Shown here: one piece after another, positions 9,320 to 17,064 of the stretch
Numbering within the stretch: the stretch's first letter is position 1
How the letters are laid out: every line of letters begins with the position of its first letter
NCBI GenBank assembly: GCA_045539015.1
Contig: JAZQEN010000014.1
Coordinates: forward strand, 10,039 to 74,038
Direction of reading: 5' to 3'
DNA: 64,000 nt
DNA from: Candidatus Cryptobacteroides sp.
GTDB taxonomy: Bacteria > Bacteroidota > Bacteroidia > Bacteroidales > UBA932
Made by a program: the position numbers and the translations under genes
Notes under the pieces: generated by a model
Database searches by the model: none
What the model was told of the DNA's origin: nothing
What the model saw: the letters and a program-made list of their open reading frames with translations, nothing else

Positions 9320-12310
9320 ATGGTAAGGAAACTGAAATATCTGACAGCCTTGGTTGTGCTGCTGACAGCATCATTCTCCTGTACTCTGGAGGAGACTTTC
9401 GAGTCTCCGACAGTCAAGTATGAGGGGATGAGTGATGTCTGTTTTCAGGTAGATTTCCGTCCTCTGTCTCCGGCGCTGGAATCAAAGGCCTCCGGTGATG
9501 CCATAAGTCATGTATATAATCTCTCGATTGTGGTATATCATGCTGATGGAGTGTTCCACAGCTATGAGTATCTTACTTCTGCCGACCTTACCCAGCAGGA
9601 AATCACTGCGGACAAGGCGGCGCTTCAGACAAACGAATCGAAATATCAGCGCTCTACCTTCAGCAAGAGTCTCCCGACCGGAAACTTCAGGATTTATGCG
9701 GTGGCAAATCTGGACCGCCAGCTGACCGGTGCGGAAATGCAGACAGAGGATGCGCTTAAGTCAATTTCGCTTACATGGAACAATACAGCCCTGGGTATGG
9801 CTGCTGAAAGTGCCCTTCCTGATAATAATGTGATGTTCGGGTTCTTTACCGACACGGAGAGTACAGAAATACCGTCCTCAGCCCCGGTCGTTTCAATTGA
9901 CAAGGCTGGTAAGACCCTTCATGCATGGGTGCGTAGGGCAGCCTCAAAGGTAACTGTCTCCTTCGACGGAAGCGCTCTCAATGAGGATGTCTGGATCAGC
10001 TTCAAGTCAGTGCAGATCAAGGATATACCGAAGACCTGCCCGCTTGGTAGGGATAATACTCCTGTGTCGGCCTCAGACCTGATTGAAAACGGAGAAATCA
10101 TATATTTCTCCAATAGCGATGATATTTCCCAGTGGCCTTATATCGCCAAGGGTATTCCTTATTTCGGCAGTGATCACAGTGAGACGGCGGAAGCTTTGTA
10201 TTTCTTCGAGAACATGCAGGGCGTGGATAACGCTGACATCTACAACAAGTACCAGTTGGATGAGAATGGGGATGGCGTGGTCGATGGCAATGATGAGATC
10301 AAGGACATGAAGCCTTACGGAACCTATATAGAGGTGAAGGCCTATTATGTAAACAAGTCTGAGAATACATCGCAGGGAGAGATCACATATCGTTTCATGC
10401 TCGGAAAGAATATATCCAACGACTTCAACGCCGGGAGGAACATGCATTACAAGCTGAACCTCAAGTTCAAGGGGGATGCTAATAATGTGGACTGGCATAT
10501 TGACTACGTGATGGATAATCCTGAAATCTCTGTGGCTACCCCTCTTTACATTTCATATCTCCATCGTCAAAGCCTTGATGTGCCGGTGGTGGTGCGTGGT
10601 GGTGAGGTTACAAGCCTTACGGCTGAGATTGTGGACAACCCATGGTACTATGAGGAGTGGTTCTCTGAGAATACTGCCATCACACGCTCGGAAAGCGACT
10701 ATGACTATAACGGATTCCTTTCATTCAAGGAACCTACTGCCAATAATCAGGTGTCGATGACTGCTGCAGAGCGCCAGTCTGATTTTGATGCAGGCAAGTC
10801 GATAACAATAGATCCTTCTTCTGGAAATGTTGTGGAAAATGCGCTGGAGACTCGTTTCAAGGTGCCTGTATGGACCAGGGCCCTGCTTCTTGGAGATGGA
10901 TTCTCCGGCAATAATGCATGGGTTCATAAGGAAAGGATCGCTCAGGTCAAGTTCACAGCAAATATCCTCTATGAAGACGGAACTACAAATACAGTTTCGC
11001 AGACGGTGGACATAAAACAGGTGAAGCGCCTTGTCAATCCGACCGGAGTGTGGAGAAAGAACGGGTCTGACAAGCCGTTCAATGTCGTGCTGATGAGCGG
11101 ATCCGATGAGCAGAACTTCTATCCGTTAATGTCTGATGGCGCGTGGACTGCAACTGTGGTTTCCGGAAAGGATTGGGTGAAGATTGCAGATTCGGAGGCC
11201 GGACTTTCGTCAGCACCGCTTGATAATGTAGTGAGAGGATACACCGGTTCTACCGTAGATTTCTGGTATAAGCCGGCTGACGGCAATGCCTCACAGACCA
11301 GATGTGGTGTGATCGAGATTCTATATCATGGAAATCAGTGTTGTCATTATATATTTGTCAGCCAGGGTAGTACTCCTGTGACAATGACGGACAACGGCAC
11401 GAGATGGCATATATCCAATGTATACCGTCAGGGCGTAGAAGGAGCGAGCCCGCTTGAGGAAGGCTCGATGTTCAGATATCTCAACTATGCGGCAATCCTT
11501 CCTGAGAACAACTGGAGGTCAGGAATGGGGCTGTTCGAGGTCCCTGAGACATATCAGTCGACGTCCAGCCACTATACCTTCAATCTTTATGATGGCGGGT
11601 CATGGTATTCGTCTGCGTGGCCATTGACCAACGATGATGAGAACGGAGATGGTGCCTACGAGAGTGAATACCGTCTGAGAATCAATGATGAGGCTGACTG
11701 GAGCGGCATCATGAACGGAAACGGAACCCCTGGCTCGGTTGAGAATTGGTCGGATCTTGAGGAACTGCCTCGTTTCTATGGAGTTATGTATGGTGATGAT
11801 TCGTATGCGGTCAAGACGACTGCGGCAGATGCATATCAGTATCTGAACGAAGGGGATGATAAGGGTATGCGTGGAATGTTCGTATGGGATAGGGATGCGA
11901 CTGGTCTAGGCTCCGGGAACGGAAACCATATATTCTTCCCTATCGGGTCGACAGGTCACGGACATAGAAAGCAGTATGACGATAAAAAGACAAGCGGATA
12001 TCAGAATATCGGTGTGTTGAGATATGCCACGACATCTGAACCGCTCAACCCTTCTACCAATTCCTACAGGCCGATGCTGTACAATCTCTATCTTTCTCCG
12101 GGGGCCATTTATTGGACCAGTGAATGGGGTACGGCTGCCAATACGGGATCTTCAAATTCGAATGCATACGATATCAACTACGAGACATATGACTTCAATG
12201 AATTCTCCGGGAATGCCATGTATTACGGCATCAGAGGACCAAGTCAGGCTTATGTCAACCAGTCAGTTGTACAGTCGTCGGATGCATGTTTTATCCGTTG
12301 TGTAGATTGA
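9320..12310 (+). CDS. Large pilus tip/adhesin lipoprotein (DUF4906-like N-terminus, CLec/FISUMP-like C-terminus)
   Basis: Lipobox SFSC, IYAVAN, RRAASKVTV, YFFENMQG, RNMHYKL; C-terminal IFFP..G, YWTS and IRCVD. Confidence 0.7.
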   Translation: MVRKLKYLTALVVLLTASFSCTLEETFESPTVKYEGMSDVCFQVDFRPLSPALESKASGDAISHVYNLSIVVYHADGVFHSYEYLTSADLTQQEITADKAALQTNESKYQRSTFSKSLPTGNFRIYAVANLDRQLTGAEMQTEDALKSISLTWNNTALGMAAESALPDNNVMFGFFTDTESTEIPSSAPVVSIDKAGKTLHAWVRRAASKVTVSFDGSALNEDVWISFKSVQIKDIPKTCPLGRDNTPVSASDLIENGEIIYFSNSDDISQWPYIAKGIPYFGSDHSETAEALYFFENMQGVDNADIYNKYQLDENGDGVVDGNDEIKDMKPYGTYIEVKAYYVNKSENTSQGEITYRFMLGKNISNDFNAGRNMHYKLNLKFKGDANNVDWHIDYVMDNPEISVATPLYISYLHRQSLDVPVVVRGGEVTSLTAEIVDNPWYYEEWFSENTAITRSESDYDYNGFLSFKEPTANNQVSMTAAERQSDFDAGKSITIDPSSGNVVENALETRFKVPVWTRALLLGDGFSGNNAWVHKERIAQVKFTANILYEDGTTNTVSQTVDIKQVKRLVNPTGVWRKNGSDKPFNVVLMSGSDEQNFYPLMSDGAWTATVVSGKDWVKIADSEAGLSSAPLDNVVRGYTGSTVDFWYKPADGNASQTRCGVIEILYHGNQCCHYIFVSQGSTPVTMTDNGTRWHISNVYRQGVEGASPLEEGSMFRYLNYAAILPENNWRSGMGLFEVPETYQSTSSHYTFNLYDGGSWYSSAWPLTNDDENGDGAYESEYRLRINDEADWSGIMNGNGTPGSVENWSDLEELPRFYGVMYGDDSYAVKTTAADAYQYLNEGDDKGMRGMFVWDRDATGLGSGNGNHIFFPIGSTGHGHRKQYDDKKTSGYQNIGVLRYATTSEPLNPSTNSYRPMLYNLYLSPGAIYWTSEWGTAANTGSSNSNAYDINYETYDFNEFSGNAMYYGIRGPSQAYVNQSVVQSSDACFIRCVD

Positions 12311-12321
12311 TAAGGAGATAA

Positions 12322-12350
12322 AAGGCCCGGCATCAAGCCGGGCCTTGATT
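12322..12350 (+). terminator. GC-rich hairpin ending the pilus operon
   Basis: Perfect 10-bp stem AAGGCCCGGC / GCCGGGCCTT; weak T-tract. Confidence 0.7.
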
Positions 12351-12433
12351 GTCTAAAAGTCGAAAAAATATGGCAAAAAATGATGAAGGAATGATTTTTG
12401 TTGTATATTTGGGCTTTCTTTAACCGATTCTTA

Positions 12434-13342
12434 ATGGAAAATAGAACATTGCACAACATTTCTCTGGCTCGATTCAAGAGCCTGTTTCCTGATTCGCCGT
12501 CGATTGGTTTAGGCGATGATTTTTATATTTTGGATGCGCATCTTCGTGAACATCATAATCCGGTAAGCCATCCGTGCCGCTTCGACGGTTTCATGTTGAT
12601 ATATTGTGTGAAGGGACGTATGAGTCTTAGTGTAAACCTCTCCGAGTTTGAACTCGAGGAAGGTATGCTTTATATGAACCTTCCAGGAAATATACTGAGA
12701 TTGAATGAGATAATTGATACTCCGCAGGAAGATGTCCGATGTATCTGTCTGGCGATTTCCAAGGAGTTTCTCTCCGGTATGAAGCTGGATATGAACAAGT
12801 TCTTCAATGAGGGGGTGTCTATGCTGGACTGTCCTACCTTGAAGTTGAGGACAAGTGATATGGATATGGTCTGCAAGACAGTGAACATGATGATCGATGT
12901 GCTGAAGAATGATCTGCCTTGCAAAAAGGACATGATACTTTCATATCTGTCCGGAATGTTCTATCTTGTGATGGGACGCTGGTCAGAAGAGAGTGCCAAG
13001 GAAAAAGGTTCTTCTCAGTCGACCCGCAGCCGTATGGTATTCGATAAGTTCATGAAGCTGGTGACTGAGTATCATACAAAATATCGAAATGTCGGATTCT
13101 ATGCAGACAAGCTGTGCCTGACGCCGAAGTATCTGTCCAAGGTAATAAAGAATGCTACTGGACGTTCTGCTCCGGATTGGATTGACTCATATGTCATTCT
13201 GGAAGCAAAGAACCTGCTTAAATATTCCAACATTACAATCAAGGAAGTAGTCTACAGACTTAATTTTCCTAATCAGTCTGTGTTTTATAAATTCTTCAAG
13301 GCCCGCACCGGTATGACGCCTACCGAGTATAGGAATTCATGA
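12434..13342 (+). CDS. AraC-family transcriptional regulator
   Basis: FYADKLCLTPKYLSKVIK...LNFPNQSVFYKFFK..TGMTP double HTH. Promoter TATATTTG at 12404-12411 supports the ATG at 12434. Confidence 0.92.
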   Translation: MENRTLHNISLARFKSLFPDSPSIGLGDDFYILDAHLREHHNPVSHPCRFDGFMLIYCVKGRMSLSVNLSEFELEEGMLYMNLPGNILRLNEIIDTPQEDVRCICLAISKEFLSGMKLDMNKFFNEGVSMLDCPTLKLRTSDMDMVCKTVNMMIDVLKNDLPCKKDMILSYLSGMFYLVMGRWSEESAKEKGSSQSTRSRMVFDKFMKLVTEYHTKYRNVGFYADKLCLTPKYLSKVIKNATGRSAPDWIDSYVILEAKNLLKYSNITIKEVVYRLNFPNQSVFYKFFKARTGMTPTEYRNS

Positions 13343-13397
13343 TTCACTGACAGATTTTGCCAAGTCATAGAAAATTGACGTCAGAATGTGATTTAAT

Positions 13398-13428
13398 TTT
13401 GCGTTAAGGTTCCGAATCATTATCTTTG
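13398..13428 (+). promoter_or_regulatory. Consensus Bacteroidetes promoter
   Basis: TTTG 13398-13401, 19-nt spacer, TATCTTTG 13421-13428. Confidence 0.75.
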
Positions 13429-13432
13429 CATG

Positions 13433-13516
13433 AGACATTTGAATTTTTCGTGTCTATTTGTTAAGTTCGTTTTATATGCGGCAGGGTTCCTTGGGGAGGG
13501 GCCCCTGCTAATTTTT
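13433..13516 (+). ncRNA. Candidate ~85-nt small RNA
   Basis: Own consensus promoter, 5' hairpin (AGACA/TGTCT), U-rich linker and terminator hairpin 13481-13508 followed by TAATTTTT. Confidence 0.5.
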
Positions 13517-13604
13517 AATGCAATCGGGGTCTTTGTGTCATTTTTTTTCGTACCTTAGGCGCGGTTTTGACGAATCTGTAATTATTAACATAAAAACTAT
13601 CAAA

Positions 13605-15128
13605 ATGAACAAGAACAAAATCAATTGGGTAGCGGTCCTTACCATGATGTTCCTCTTCGGAATGATCTCATTTGTGACCAACCTTGCAGCGCCTATCGGT
13701 ACAGTATGGAAGAATCAGCCAGGTATTGACGGCTCGAACTTCTGGGGTATGATGGGTAACATGATGAACTTCCTTGCATATCTCTTCATGGGCCTTCCTG
13801 CAGGTAAACTTATTATAAAGTATGGCTATAAGAAGACTACACTTATCGGTGTTGCTGTCGGTTTCTTCGGAGTCCTTGTTCAGTTCCTCTCAGGAAAACT
13901 TGGAGTCGGAGCGCACGTGGCCGGACTTCCTGCAAACTTCTTCGTATATCTTCTCGGAGCATTCATCAGCGGATTCTCAGTATGTATCCTCAATACTGTT
14001 GTCAACCCTATGCTCAACCTTCTTGGTGGCGGTGGAAACAAAGGTAATCAGCTTGTTCAGGTCGGAGGTACATTCAACTCATTGACCGGAACGCTTACTC
14101 CGATGCTTGTCGGTATGCTCATCGGTACAGTGACCAGGGATACAGCAATCACTGACGTAAATCCGGTTCTGTTCATCGCAATGGGTGTGTTTGCCCTTAC
14201 TTTCATGGTTCTTATCTTCGTTCCTTTCGTTGAGCCGGAGCAGGAAAGAACAGATGCAAGCGTAAAGAGCCTTCTCAAGTACAAGCACCTTGTATGCGGA
14301 GTAATCGCAATTTTCCTTTATGTAGGTGTTGAGGTAGGTATCCCGGGCACTTTGAATTTCTATCTTACAGAGACATTGTCTGCAAAGACAGAAACTGAGC
14401 TCGTAGCAGAAGCGGAGGCTCCTGCTGTGGAGACTGAAGTAGTTGCTGAGACTGAAGTAGTTACCGAGACTCCGGTTGAAACTCCGGCTGAGACTCCTGT
14501 TCCTGTTGAAGAGACTTCAGCAGAGGAGACAGAAGCAGCTCCAGTTCCTGCTGTTCAGGACGAACCAAAGGATACAACTGTTGCAAATTCAGCTAATGAG
14601 CAGTTGAGTGCTGCAGAGACTACTGCTGCTGATGCGGCTGCTGCTACAGCTGGTTTCGTAGCTGCAACTTACTGGCTGCTCATGCTTGTAGGTCGTTTCG
14701 TATCAAGCCTTATCAGTGGAAAGGTTTCCAGCAGGGTTCAGCTCGGAACTACATGTTTTGTGGCAATAATCCTTGTTGTAGCAGCGATCTTCAGTACAAA
14801 CGTGCCGGCTTCAATGCCAGTATTTACCGGAAAGACCTTTGTAATGGCTGAGGTGCCGCTTACAGCTCTTTTCCTTGTATGCTGCGGTCTTTGTACATCA
14901 GTCATGTGGGGAACAATCTTCAACCTTTCAGTTGAGGGCCTCGGAAAGAACTCAGCTCTCGCTTCAGGTCTCTTCATGACCATGGTTGTAGGTGGTGGTG
15001 TACTTCCGCTTATCCAGAATGCCGTAGCAGATGCAGCAGGATTCATGACCAGCTATTGGGTAATCGTTGCAGCTCTTGTATACATGCTCTGGTTCGCAAT
15101 CTTCGGTTCAAGAGTAAAGAAGGCTTAG
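13605..15128 (+). CDS. MFS sugar:H+ symporter (FucP/NagP-like) with a long acidic loop insertion
   Basis: About 12 hydrophobic segments; GYKKT, VNPML, FLYVGVEVG, YWLLMLVGRF and MVVGGGVLP; upstream of a ROK kinase. Confidence 0.85.
   Translation: MNKNKINWVAVLTMMFLFGMISFVTNLAAPIGTVWKNQPGIDGSNFWGMMGNMMNFLAYLFMGLPAGKLIIKYGYKKTTLIGVAVGFFGVLVQFLSGKLGVGAHVAGLPANFFVYLLGAFISGFSVCILNTVVNPMLNLLGGGGNKGNQLVQVGGTFNSLTGTLTPMLVGMLIGTVTRDTAITDVNPVLFIAMGVFALTFMVLIFVPFVEPEQERTDASVKSLLKYKHLVCGVIAIFLYVGVEVGIPGTLNFYLTETLSAKTETELVAEAEAPAVETEVVAETEVVTETPVETPAETPVPVEETSAEETEAAPVPAVQDEPKDTTVANSANEQLSAAETTAADAAAATAGFVAATYWLLMLVGRFVSSLISGKVSSRVQLGTTCFVAIILVVAAIFSTNVPASMPVFTGKTFVMAEVPLTALFLVCCGLCTSVMWGTIFNLSVEGLGKNSALASGLFMTMVVGGGVLPLIQNAVADAAGFMTSYWVIVAALVYMLWFAIFGSRVKKA
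14430..14501 (+). repeat. In-frame tandem repeats (2x18 bp, then 3x12 bp) in the MFS loop
   Basis: GAGACTGAAGTAGTTGCT / GAGACTGAAGTAGTTACC, then GAGACTCCGGTT / GAAACTCCGGCT / GAGACTCCTGTT. Confidence 0.8.
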
Positions 15129-15152
15129 TAGAAACACATAAAACACAGAATA

Positions 15153-16109
15153 ATGAATTCATCATACGTAGTAGGTATCGATGTAGGAGGTCAGACCTCC
15201 AAGATCGGAGTAGTAGATGCTAGAGGAACAGTTCTCGCGCAGACAGTCATCCGCACAGACACTTATGACAAGGTGGAGCCTTATATCGCAGAACTTGCTG
15301 AGGCTGTAAACAAGCTTATCAAGGAGTCTGGTACAGAGGGTAAGGTAAGAGGAATCGGAGTAGGTGCTCCTAACGGAAACTACTATACAGGCACAATCGA
15401 AAATGCTCCAAACCTTCTTTGGGGACGTCAGAGAGTGGAGTTCTCAAAGCTTCTTTCTGAGGCGATGGGCGGTCTTCCGGTTGCTCTTACAAACGATGCG
15501 AATGCAGCTGCTGTCGGCGAAATGACTTATGGTGCAGCAAGAGGTATGAAGAACTTCATCATGATCACACTCGGTACAGGCGTCGGCTCAGGTATCGTGA
15601 TCAACGGTGAGGTTGTATATGGACATGACGGCTTCGCAGGCGAGCTCGGTCACACAGCTGCAGTTCACAACAACGGACGTACATGCGGCTGCGGCAAGAC
15701 CGGTTGCCTTGAGACTTATGCTTCAGCTACAGGTGTGGCACGTACAGCACGCGAGTGGCTCGAGCTTTCGGATGAGCCTTCTGTTCTCAGAAGCCTTGAC
15801 AGCATCGCTTCAAAGGACGTTTATGATGCAGCTAAGGAAGGAGACAAGCTTGCGCTCAAGATCTTTGAATTCACAGGAAAGATCCTCGGCCGTTCATTCG
15901 CAGACTTCATCGCATTCAGCGCTCCTGAGGCAATCGTCCTCTTCGGCGGACTCGCTCGCGCAAAGGAATTCCTTACAGAGCCTATCCTCGAGTCTATGAA
16001 CGCAAATGTCCTCCCGTTGTGGAGAAACAAGGTTCAGCTGGTTTACTCTCAGCTTAAGGAGTCGGATGCAGCCATTCTCGGCGCTTCAGCTCTTGCCTGG
16101 GAACTCTAA
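15153..16109 (+). CDS. ROK-family sugar kinase (glucokinase/GlcNAc kinase)
   Basis: GIDVGG, NDANAAAVGE, TLGTGVGSG, GELGH and CGCGKTGCLE. Confidence 0.92.
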   Translation: MNSSYVVGIDVGGQTSKIGVVDARGTVLAQTVIRTDTYDKVEPYIAELAEAVNKLIKESGTEGKVRGIGVGAPNGNYYTGTIENAPNLLWGRQRVEFSKLLSEAMGGLPVALTNDANAAAVGEMTYGAARGMKNFIMITLGTGVGSGIVINGEVVYGHDGFAGELGHTAAVHNNGRTCGCGKTGCLETYASATGVARTAREWLELSDEPSVLRSLDSIASKDVYDAAKEGDKLALKIFEFTGKILGRSFADFIAFSAPEAIVLFGGLARAKEFLTEPILESMNANVLPLWRNKVQLVYSQLKESDAAILGASALAWEL

Positions 16110-16121
16110 CGGAGACCTATA

Positions 16122-16838
16122 TCAGAATCTCATCAGCCTCATTTCGGGTCCGGCCCGGAATGAGGTTGATCTTATATATAGCAGCCACTGGGCAATGTAG
16201 TAGGTGCTCATGATGATGGCGGTGCTGTATGGAACGGCGCTGACAAACATGTTCCAGGCTATTATGAAGTCCGAAAAGACGAATAGAATGGCTCCGAGGG
16301 CGAACAGGGTGCTTCTCTGCAGCATGGCGATGAACAGCATTGCGCAGATGATGCAGGCGTAGGTGCCTGTGGCGATCCGAAGCAGACCGGCTTCGGCGGC
16401 AGGAACTATCCGATAAAATACCGCTGCAAGAAGAGCCAGGGAACAGAATGCCACCATAGCTATATATCCTTTGGCTTTGCCAGTCAGCTTCCTGTCCTTC
16501 TCAACCCTGTTGAGGTAGCGGCAGATGAAATATATGATGAACCAGATGTGTCCGACAGCGAAAAGCCCCATCTGCCCGATGAGATTTCCGCATGCTCCTG
16601 CAAAATCTCCTGCGGCGCAGAAAGCCAATGCCAGGCTGATCTGCCATGGACAAAGCCATAGGGAGGAGACTGCCAGAAGCGCGACAGGTATGGTTATGAC
16701 AGTCTGTGGCGGAATGACGGAATGTCCGTAGACGGTAAAGTGCGTCATGAAGAAGGTCGTGCATGCTACAACATACAATGCACTTGTGACAAGTGCGGCT
16801 GTTTTGACCTTGGTATCTTTTATTTTTATTATCGACAT
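16122..16838 (-). CDS. YhhN/TMEM86 lysoplasmalogenase-like membrane protein
   Basis: AFCAAGD, FAVGH, GAILFVFSD and STYYIAQ family motifs. Confidence 0.8.
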   Translation of the reverse strand: MSIIKIKDTKVKTAALVTSALYVVACTTFFMTHFTVYGHSVIPPQTVITIPVALLAVSSLWLCPWQISLALAFCAAGDFAGACGNLIGQMGLFAVGHIWFIIYFICRYLNRVEKDRKLTGKAKGYIAMVAFCSLALLAAVFYRIVPAAEAGLLRIATGTYACIICAMLFIAMLQRSTLFALGAILFVFSDFIIAWNMFVSAVPYSTAIIMSTYYIAQWLLYIRSTSFRAGPEMRLMRF

Positions 16839-16969
16839 AATTATTTGTATTTGACGCCAATATACGAATTTATCCGAATTATTTAACGTAGAACAGCGGG
16901 AATTGTTATAATCTGTAACCATATTTCTGAATACGCTGTGTTTTTCGTCGCTTCCGAGGCCTTGTCCGG

Positions 16970-17001
16970 TTTGGTTTTCTCGGAAATTGTTGTCATATTT
17001 G
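16970..17001 (+). promoter_or_regulatory. Probable promoter of SusC1
   Basis: TTTG 16970-16973, 20-nt spacer, CATATTTG 16994-17001 (one mismatch to consensus). Confidence 0.55.
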
Positions 17002-17064
17002 TAGGCTAGGTTTATAATGCCTGAATATGTTCAAGATTTATGTATAACTAATAAAGGTATCAAA

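Noticed and set aside
13430-13558. 42-codon hydrophobic ORF (MRHLNFSCLFVKFVLYAAGFLGEGPLLIFNAIGVFVSFFFVP)
   Set aside because: The ATG lies 1 nt after the -7 box, upstream of the expected TSS, and the ORF runs through a terminator. Its hydrophobicity follows from T-richness.
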